Below are positions 57,499 through 64,000 of a stretch of 64,000 bases of DNA, piece after piece (position 1 is the stretch's first letter; each line of letters starts with the position of its first letter). The notes below the pieces were generated by a model, which searched no databases, was not told the DNA's origin, and saw only the letters and a list, made by a program, of their open reading frames with translations. A program made the position numbers and the translations under genes. This DNA comes from Patescibacteria group bacterium (GTDB lineage Bacteria; Patescibacteriota; Microgenomatia; Levybacterales; UBA12049), in the NCBI GenBank assembly GCA_035510535.1, contig DATKGY010000041.1, positions 29,493 to 93,492 of the forward strand, written 5' to 3'.

Positions 57499-58688
57499 TG
57501 AAAATCTTAATGGTCTCTTCATATCTACCTTTTCCACTTAAATCGGGTGGAGAAATCAGGCTTTACAATTTGATGAAAAACCTGGCCGAAAAACACGAGA
57601 TTACTTTAATTTGCGAAAAAAGGGATTATCAAACTGAAAGCGATGTTGAAGAAGTCAGGAAGATCTGTAAAAAACTCATTACAGTAACACGCAAAAAACA
57701 ATGGAGCACCGCTAATATTCTTAAAACCGGACTATCAATGGACCCATTTCTAATTATCGGTCACACCAGCGAGGAGATGAAGCTGGCGATAAGAGACGAG
57801 CTGGTAAGGGAAAAATACGATTTAATCCACGTTGAAACTTTTTACGTCTATCAAAACCTGCCGAAAGTTTCCATTCCGGTTATTTTAGTTGAGCATAACG
57901 TTGAATATTTGGCTTATCAAAGATATGTCAAGTTGGCCAACCCATTCTTAAAATTATTTTTCTATGTTGACGTAATGAAATTAAGGAAAAAAGAAGAACA
58001 GGCTTGGAGAAAAGTTGATAAGTTGATTGCAGTTTCCAATACGGAGAGAAGACTGATGAAAAGGGCAGACATCACCGTTATTGCAAACGGAGTTGATCTA
58101 AATAATTTTCAGTTCAGAAGTTCCCAAAATCTTCCGGAAGAAAAAAGAATCCTTTTTATCGGAGATTTCAAATGGTTCCAAAATGTTGACGCGGCGGAAA
58201 TAATCTTAAAGCACATTTGGCCAAGAATCAGTCAGAAATTGGCAGAAACCAAAAACCGGGCCGATATTAAGTTATGGATTATCGGCCGTAATATTCCGGA
58301 AAAAATAAAAAGTCTGGCGGCTTCGAAAAATATCATTTTGGAAGAAGACAGTAAGAAGGAAACGGCGGAGATTTTCCGCAAAGCCTATTTACTTTTGGCG
58401 CCGATCAGGGCGGGCGGGGGAACAAGTTATAAGATTTTGGAAGCGATGGCGTCAGGAGTCCCCGTGGTGACGACCAATTTGGGACTGGAGGGATTGGAGG
58501 CGAAAAATAATATTCACGCTTTGGCGTCCGAAAAAGAAGACGAGTTGGCGGAGCTGGCTTTAGTTTTAATTCAAGACCATAGTGTGTACCGAAAATTAAC
58601 ATTGAATGCCCGGAAATTAGTTGAAGAAAAATATGACTGGCGGGTAATTGCTCAAAAGCTAGACGAAGTTTACATGTCCTGTTTTTAA
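57498..58688 (+). CDS. GT4 glycosyltransferase
   Basis: PFPLKSGGEIR, VEHNVE, FIGDFKWFQN, GGGTSYKILEAMASG. Confidence 0.88.
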   Translation: MKILMVSSYLPFPLKSGGEIRLYNLMKNLAEKHEITLICEKRDYQTESDVEEVRKICKKLITVTRKKQWSTANILKTGLSMDPFLIIGHTSEEMKLAIRDELVREKYDLIHVETFYVYQNLPKVSIPVILVEHNVEYLAYQRYVKLANPFLKLFFYVDVMKLRKKEEQAWRKVDKLIAVSNTERRLMKRADITVIANGVDLNNFQFRSSQNLPEEKRILFIGDFKWFQNVDAAEIILKHIWPRISQKLAETKNRADIKLWIIGRNIPEKIKSLAASKNIILEEDSKKETAEIFRKAYLLLAPIRAGGGTSYKILEAMASGVPVVTTNLGLEGLEAKNNIHALASEKEDELAELALVLIQDHSVYRKLTLNARKLVEEKYDWRVIAQKLDEVYMSCF

Positions 58689-58691
58689 AAT

Positions 58692-59585
58692 ATGGATTTA
58701 TCAATTATTATTGTTTCCTACAATACTAAAGAGTTCTTAAAGGGTTGTATTGAGTCCATTTACAAAACCACCAAAAATCTTAAGTTTGAAATAATCGTGG
58801 TTGACAATGCTTCCACGGACGATTCGGTCCGTGCAATTTCCAATCTCCAATTTCCAATTTCCAATAAAGATTCACTAAAAATTATTCAAAATAGAGAGAA
58901 TTTGGGATTTTCCAAAGCCAATAATTTGGGAGTAAAAAAAGCTCAAGGAAGATATCTTTTGTTCTTAAATCCAGATGTTGAAGTTCACGCAGAAACTTTA
59001 GAGGGAATGGTTAAGTTTATGGACGAACACGAAGATGCGGGTGCGGCGACTTGTAAATTAATAATGCCAAACGGGCAAATTGATGATGCGTCTCACCGCG
59101 GCTTTCCGACTCCCTGGAATTCTTTCTCACATTTTTCAGGCCTTTCAAAAATTCTCGGTAAAACAAAATTATTCGGCGGATATACTTTGGGGTTCAAAGA
59201 TTTTGCCAAAACTCATGAAATAGACGCTTTGGCCGGCGCATTTATGCTGGTGAGAAGAAAAGCGGGGGAACAAGCTGGTTGGTGGGATGAAGATTATTTT
59301 TTCTACGGAGAGGATATAGATTTTTGTTATATGCTAAAACAAAAAGGCTGGAAGATTTATTACATACCGCAGTTCACAGTTTTACATTACAAAGGAGTTT
59401 CTCATGGGCTTAAAAAAGTTTCCAGAAATATTACCACCGCCAGTAAAGAAACCAAACAGCGAACCACCAAAGCGCGCTTTAGAGCAATGCGGCTTTTCTA
59501 CAAAAAACATTATGAACAAAAATATCCGTGGTTCATCACCCGCTTGGTATACTTTGGTATCTTCCTAAAGCAACTTGCTTCTTAG
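58692..59585 (+). CDS. GT2 glycosyltransferase (WbbL-like)
   Basis: VSYNT, VDNASTD, NLGFSKANN, FLNPD, GAFML, FFYGEDID, HYKG. Confidence 0.88.
   Translation: MDLSIIIVSYNTKEFLKGCIESIYKTTKNLKFEIIVVDNASTDDSVRAISNLQFPISNKDSLKIIQNRENLGFSKANNLGVKKAQGRYLLFLNPDVEVHAETLEGMVKFMDEHEDAGAATCKLIMPNGQIDDASHRGFPTPWNSFSHFSGLSKILGKTKLFGGYTLGFKDFAKTHEIDALAGAFMLVRRKAGEQAGWWDEDYFFYGEDIDFCYMLKQKGWKIYYIPQFTVLHYKGVSHGLKKVSRNITTASKETKQRTTKARFRAMRLFYKKHYEQKYPWFITRLVYFGIFLKQLAS
58834..58865. repeat. 7-bp tandem repeat CAATTTC (about 4.5 units) inside GT2
   Basis: caatttc caatctc caatttc caatttc caat; encodes ISNLQFPISN. Confidence 0.85.
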
Positions 59586-59657
59586 GTATTATTCCTCCGC
59601 GATTACAACTTGAGCTCAACCCATTCTAAGAAGCTAGGCATTTTTGCATTTTGTCAA

Positions 59658-60620
59658 TTATTTATTCCCTTCAATTGTTTTCGCTAGTTGTGCCGCTATA
59701 AAAGCCCTTCCATCTTTATTCATGTGCTCATTAACATAACTTTCTTCTTTCCAAATAAAATTCTTTGAAGGCAAGGACGTTGATAAATCTAAAACTAGAG
59801 ATTGATGTTGTTTTAATTGGGATACAATTGTATTGGCATTTTCTTTTACCTGAGTTAGAAAACGTTTGCCAAAATATTTTTCACCTGTTTGATAATCAAT
59901 GGGCGTAATATAAAAAATTACTTTGGTTTTAGTATTTCGATACCGATCTGCGATATTAAGCAAATTGTTTAATTTACTATTATCTGCGTTTACGGAAGCC
60001 AGATAATTCATCTGAAACATCAATTTAAATCTTGTATTAAGAGATGCATTTTTTAGTTTATTCTCATAATCTCCTCCACTACCGACTACTGTATTGCCGT
60101 CAAATTCGGTTGAAAGATAATAAATATTTTCATACAACTTATTACCATCGGGAATAGCCAGATTAGTTGTAAAAGTTAGAAAAGGACTAAGCGGGGTATT
60201 GTAAAAATCCAGATATAACATTTCGTCTATAAATTGAGGACCTCCTAAATCCCAACCTATAGAGAATGACCGAAGGTTAATAGGGATAATAATATAGGAA
60301 GGGTAATAATTTTGCTTAACCATGTAATTTGTGTAAGCATCATACATGCCGGCTTGATATCCATCATGACAAACCATGCCTATGCCTTTATTAAGCAAAT
60401 TGCTTAACATTGTTTGAATGGAACGATTGTCCGCTTCATATTTGCTCCACCATGTCGTAGTGCTGTCTCCAAAAAAAATGATGTTTGTTTCATTTTGCTG
60501 ATAGGTTTTTAAACTTTCTACCGCTTGAGGAGGCTGATAGGGAAAATATGATAATACAAATTTTTGCAAAATTAAAATCAAGAAAATAAAAATAGTTAAT
60601 TTAATAACAAAAGTTTTCAT
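59658..60620 (-). CDS. SGNH-like extracytoplasmic acyl-transfer partner (DltD/AlgJ-like)
   Basis: N-terminal anchor, IIFFGDST, late NEHMN..G; coupled to the MBOAT gene. Confidence 0.6.
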   Translation of the reverse strand: MKTFVIKLTIFIFLILILQKFVLSYFPYQPPQAVESLKTYQQNETNIIFFGDSTTTWWSKYEADNRSIQTMLSNLLNKGIGMVCHDGYQAGMYDAYTNYMVKQNYYPSYIIIPINLRSFSIGWDLGGPQFIDEMLYLDFYNTPLSPFLTFTTNLAIPDGNKLYENIYYLSTEFDGNTVVGSGGDYENKLKNASLNTRFKLMFQMNYLASVNADNSKLNNLLNIADRYRNTKTKVIFYITPIDYQTGEKYFGKRFLTQVKENANTIVSQLKQHQSLVLDLSTSLPSKNFIWKEESYVNEHMNKDGRAFIAAQLAKTIEGNK

Positions 60621-62101
60621 TAAAATTTAAAATAGATAAATGGCACCGGATTTACCGGACTAAAATTCACAATTGCTAAAGCAAGAATTAGATAGATTCC
60701 AAGACGGACAGGAAATGGAAAAGAAGGGTATAATTTCCGCCTCTCCAATAATTGTAATATTTCCATTAACACTACTGCGCCAAAAACAATGCCAATTTGC
60801 GGCAAGGTTAATCCAACGCCGTGATGCTGATCGAATAACATGTAGAATAAATCGTAAGTGTTTTTCTGAAGCGCCAAATTAAATAGACCTAAAAGCCCTG
60901 TGGTTGCATGAGATAAAATATATAACCCGTCGGAAATCGTCGCGGCCCGGAAAAATATCCAGGCGATGCAAACCAATACAAACGTTACCCCTATTTTAAA
61001 AAGGTTAATAAAAAATAACAGTAGCTTACTTGAAATAACTACTTTTAATGGAAGTTTATATTGAGAAACCAAAAGATTTATTACCATATAAAAACCATGA
61101 ATTAATCCCCAAACGACATAAGTCCAATTTGCGCCATGCCATAGGCCCGTTACGAAAAATACAATCAAGATGTTTCGAATATTTATTAATTCCCCTTTCC
61201 TGCTTCCTCCTAACGGGATATAAATGTAGTCCCTAAACCAAGAATACAATGTTATATGCCACCGGCGCCAAAAGTCTCGGATTGACGTTGCCAGATATGG
61301 AGCATTAAAATTTTCAGGAAGATTAAATCCCATTACTCTTGCCGCTCCTATCGCAATGTCGCTATAGCCTGAAAAATCGCAATACACCTGAAACGCAAAA
61401 GCAACTGTTGCTAAAATTAACGGGAAACCGATGTAACTATGAGGACTACCATAAACCTGATTCACCATAATTGCCAGTCTATCTGCAATCACCAGTTTCT
61501 TAAAGAAACCCAAAAGCATTCTCCTTAAGCCCTCAGAGACATTGTTTTCATCAAATTTATGATTGACATAAAATTGCGGAATCAGATGAGCTGCCCTTTC
61601 TATCGGTCCGGCAACCAGTTGCGGATAAAACATGACAAACAAAGCGTATTTTCCCAAATGTTTTTCCGGTTTTTGCTTACGTTTATAAACATCTATTACA
61701 TAGCCTAAGCTTTGAAATGTGTGAAAAGATAAGCCAATTGGCAAAATTAAATTCAGTAGCTGCGGAGAATAATTCCAATGAATAAGACTGGCGAGCTGTT
61801 GAACATTAATTTGGAAAAAATTAGAATATTTAAAAAAGAAAAGAATCCCGATATTTGACAAAATACTTATCAACAGAAGAAACTTTCGTTTTTTCCCTTT
61901 TAGTTTGCTGAGAAAAATACCGGCTGTATAGTCAACGATGATTAAGTAAAAAAGTATAAATATATAGACGGGAATAAAAACCAGATAGAAGATGCAACTT
62001 GCTATTAACAGCACTAACCATTTCCATCTGAATGAAGCTAAATAATATAAAATCGTGACGATGGGAAAGAAGATGAGAAAGGATATTGAATTAAATAACA
62101 T
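60620..62101 (-). CDS. MBOAT O-acyltransferase (AlgI/DltB/PatA family)
   Basis: MLFNS, LPIGLSFHTFQ, PQLVAGPIER, YCDFSGYSDIAIG, NFNAPY, FWRRWHITL, GLWHGANWT. Confidence 0.92.
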   Translation of the reverse strand: MLFNSISFLIFFPIVTILYYLASFRWKWLVLLIASCIFYLVFIPVYIFILFYLIIVDYTAGIFLSKLKGKKRKFLLLISILSNIGILFFFKYSNFFQINVQQLASLIHWNYSPQLLNLILPIGLSFHTFQSLGYVIDVYKRKQKPEKHLGKYALFVMFYPQLVAGPIERAAHLIPQFYVNHKFDENNVSEGLRRMLLGFFKKLVIADRLAIMVNQVYGSPHSYIGFPLILATVAFAFQVYCDFSGYSDIAIGAARVMGFNLPENFNAPYLATSIRDFWRRWHITLYSWFRDYIYIPLGGSRKGELINIRNILIVFFVTGLWHGANWTYVVWGLIHGFYMVINLLVSQYKLPLKVVISSKLLLFFINLFKIGVTFVLVCIAWIFFRAATISDGLYILSHATTGLLGLFNLALQKNTYDLFYMLFDQHHGVGLTLPQIGIVFGAVVLMEILQLLERRKLYPSFPFPVRLGIYLILALAIVNFSPVNPVPFIYFKF

Positions 62102-62107
62102 TAATAA

Positions 62108-62113
62108 ATTCTA
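62108..62113 (-). promoter_or_regulatory. -10 TAGAAT, 6 nt before the MBOAT ATG; leaderless-type
   Basis: Minus strand reads TAGAAT ttatta ATG. Confidence 0.45.
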
Positions 62114-62185
62114 ATATCCAAATAATAACTTTTTTCTAATTAAAAATAAAGCACTTTTTCAATTGTTTAGGATTGAAGTTGGGAT

Positions 62186-62214
62186 TTGTTAAGCACGTGA
62201 ACATTAGCTATAAT
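62186..62214 (+). promoter_or_regulatory. Promoter TTGTTA-N17-TATAAT, 6 nt before ATG 62221; leaderless-type
   Basis: -35 at 62186-91, -10 at 62209-14. Confidence 0.62.
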
Positions 62215-62220
62215 CCTAAT

Positions 62221-63324
62221 ATGAGGATTGGAATTGATTGCCGTTTATGGGAACAAACCGGCGTTGGCAGGTACACCAGGAACATTGTCTTAAATCTTCA
62301 GGCAATTGACAAGAAAAATCAGTATGTTTTGTTCGTTAGGCCTGATGATTCAGAAATGATTAAGAAACAAATAGCTAATAGTAAATGGAAGATAGTAAAT
62401 GTGAACATTAAATGGCATTCGGTTGCGGAACAGTTAAGATTCCCCTCGTTAATCAAGCAACAGAAATTGGATTTAATGCACTTTCCTTATTTTTCCGTTC
62501 CTATTTTTTACAATCGGCCTTATGTTGTAACAATTCACGATTTAATTATCAATCATTTTTCAACCGGAAAAGCCTCAACGCTTATTTACCCGGTATACTT
62601 AGCCAAAAGAGAAGCTTATAAATTTATAATTAGGCAAGCGGCCAGAAACGCTAGGAAAATTATTGCTCCATCCAATGCGACTAAACAGGAAATAATGGAC
62701 CATTTAAAAATTAGCGAGAATAAGATTGACGTTATCTGCGAGGCATCAGAGCTTAGTAGCCAACAATCAGCAGTTGGTAGCCAGAAGTATGGAAAATACT
62801 TTCTCTACGTTGGCAATGCCTATCCGCATAAAAACTTAGAGCGGCTAATCCAGGCTTTCAAAAAAATAGTGAATGAACATCAAGATCTAAAATTAATTTT
62901 GGTTGGGCAGAAAGATTATTTTTACCAGCGTCTGGAGAAAGAATATCAGTCGGATAACATAATTTTTTACGGGAAAGCCGGCGATAAAGAGTTGGTCAGT
63001 TTGTATACAAACGCAGTTGCTTTAGTAGCGCCGTCTTTGATGGAGGGGTTTGGATTACCGGTTTTGGAAGCAATGTCTCTAAGATGTTTAGTGGTGGCAT
63101 CGGATATCCCGGCGTTTAGAGAAATAGCCGGAGAAAATGCGCTTTATTTTAATCCTCAGGATCTAGCCGATATTCATGCGAAGTTGAAGAATGTTTTGGA
63201 GAATGGAGAAAAATACAAGGAAGAAAAATTGGAAAAAGCTTTTAACAAATCACAACAATTTTCCTGGAGAAAAGCTGCCGAACAAACCCTTAATATTTAT
63301 GAAAGTTGCGTTGGTATACGATAG
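62221..63324 (+). CDS. GT4 glycosyltransferase (MtfB-like)
   Basis: MRIGIDCR..TGVGRY, TIHDL, YVGNAYPHKN, MEGFGLPVLEAM; start moved to ATG 62221. Confidence 0.9.
   Translation: MRIGIDCRLWEQTGVGRYTRNIVLNLQAIDKKNQYVLFVRPDDSEMIKKQIANSKWKIVNVNIKWHSVAEQLRFPSLIKQQKLDLMHFPYFSVPIFYNRPYVVTIHDLIINHFSTGKASTLIYPVYLAKREAYKFIIRQAARNARKIIAPSNATKQEIMDHLKISENKIDVICEASELSSQQSAVGSQKYGKYFLYVGNAYPHKNLERLIQAFKKIVNEHQDLKLILVGQKDYFYQRLEKEYQSDNIIFYGKAGDKELVSLYTNAVALVAPSLMEGFGLPVLEAMSLRCLVVASDIPAFREIAGENALYFNPQDLADIHAKLKNVLENGEKYKEEKLEKAFNKSQQFSWRKAAEQTLNIYESCVGIR
62369..62400. repeat. Degenerate 7-bp repeat (AAATAGT-type) inside GT4
   Basis: aaatagc taatagt aaatgga agatagt aaat; encodes QIANSKWKIVN. Confidence 0.6.
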
Positions 63325-64000
63325 AGTGAACAAATGGGGAGGGGCGGAAAGAGTTTTACTGGCGCTCCACAAAATATTTCCGCAGGCGCCTTTATTCACT
63401 TCGGTCTATAACAAAGAAAAAGCTCCTTGGGCCAAAGTTTTTAAAATCCAGACTTCTTTTTTGCAAAACTTCCCCAAAGCCCAAACTTCGCATGAACTTT
63501 ATGCTTCCTTAATGCCGCTGGCTTTTGAAAGCTTCAATTTTGATGATTACGATCTGGTAATTTCCGTTACCAGCGAAGCGGCCAAAGGAATTGTTACAAA
63601 ACCAAAGACTTTGCATATTTGTTATTGTTTAACCCCGACCAGATATTTATGGAGTGGTTATAATGATTATTTCAAAAGTCCACTATTCAGATTGCTGTCA
63701 AAACCCGCTGTTTCGTATTTAAGAAGTTGGGATAAAATTGCTGCTCAAAGGCCGGATGAATATATAGCGATCTCAACAGAAGTTCAGAAGCGAATCAAGC
63801 GTTATTACAATAGAGAGTCAGAGATTATTTATCCACCTTCAGAAATGGCAAATAGCATCCGTTCGACAGGCTCAGGACAAGAATGGCAAATGGCAAATGG
63901 TGAAGAAAATGGAGATTATTTTTTAGTTGTTTCAAGGCTCACAAATTTTTACAAGAGGGTGGATCTTGCAATTAAAGCTTGTAACGAGCTAGAGTTGCCT
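63299..64000 (+). CDS. GT4 glycosyltransferase (WbaZ/RfbU-like), 3'-truncated by the window edge; not in the ORF track
   Basis: ATG 63299, read by hand: MKVALVYDRVNKWGGAERVL...YCLTPTRYLW...IIYPP...YFLVVSRL..YKRVDLAI, open to 64000. Confidence 0.88.
   Translation, partial: MKVALVYDRVNKWGGAERVLLALHKIFPQAPLFTSVYNKEKAPWAKVFKIQTSFLQNFPKAQTSHELYASLMPLAFESFNFDDYDLVISVTSEAAKGIVTKPKTLHICYCLTPTRYLWSGYNDYFKSPLFRLLSKPAVSYLRSWDKIAAQRPDEYIAISTEVQKRIKRYYNRESEIIYPPSEMANSIRSTGSGQEWQMANGEENGDYFLVVSRLTNFYKRVDLAIKACNELELP
63843..63900. repeat. AAATGGC heptamer tract interrupted by a 20-bp REP-like hairpin, in frame
   Basis: aaatggc aaatagc a [tccgttcgacaggctcagga] caag aatggca aatggca aatgg. Confidence 0.75.

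Noticed and set aside
24851-58130. Very weak period-7 traces near 24851, 50957, 56457 and 58103
   Set aside because: Too degenerate to separate from chance without a statistical test.
59586-59657. Bidirectional terminator at the convergent junction (also 31516-31528)
   Set aside because: No convincing GC stem with a U-tract at either junction.
17252-62220. Upstream starts in the ORF track for 17252, 28774, 29670, 30343, 38388, 41702, 45363, 55934 and 62173
   Set aside because: Extensions overlap the previous gene or promoter; family N-termini and ATGA/GTGA coupling point to later starts.
329-62621. The many 60-160 aa ORFs antisense to or nested in long genes (e.g. 26264-26752, 48040-48240, 50413-50730)
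   Set aside because: Shadow frames of well-supported genes, with no motifs.

Overview
An almost fully coding, AT-rich bacterial window (standard code; TGA used as stop). It is one giant cell-surface glycosylation locus of about 58 genes, open at both ends. The gene style (very tight ATGA/GTGA overlaps, no clear SD motifs, many ArnT/PMT-like paralogs) suggests a CPR/Patescibacteria, Microgenomates-like genome; this is inference. Contents: about 15 GT-C-fold polytopic membrane glycosyltransferases (nine in tandem at 2.1-16.5 kb), three polyprenyl-phosphate GT2 donor synthases, many GT2/GT4 enzymes, a Wzx-like flippase, galE, and an RfbE-like epimerase. There is an inverted GDP-sugar cassette (gmd, two cupins, SDR, sugar C-methyltransferase) and an rfbF-UXS-ugd-split transketolase-rmlC block. 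Modifying enzymes include O-methyltransferases, a hexapeptide acyltransferase and an inverted MBOAT/SGNH pair. A 1058-aa protein fuses an O-antigen-ligase-like domain to a TMTC-like GT-C domain. Embedded non-glycan items: a Fic-wHTH gene with 10-bp repeats across its promoter, a HigBA-like toxin-antitoxin pair with a perfect 22-bp operator palindrome, a structured intergenic region (candidate ncRNA plus an IS200/IS605-like twin hairpin), a 119-bp MITE inserted exactly at a stop/start overlap, in-frame 7-bp repeat tracts inside many glycosyltransferase genes, and a set of leaderless-type promoters. No rRNA, tRNA or CRISPR array was seen. Family calls come from motif recognition, not database searches.
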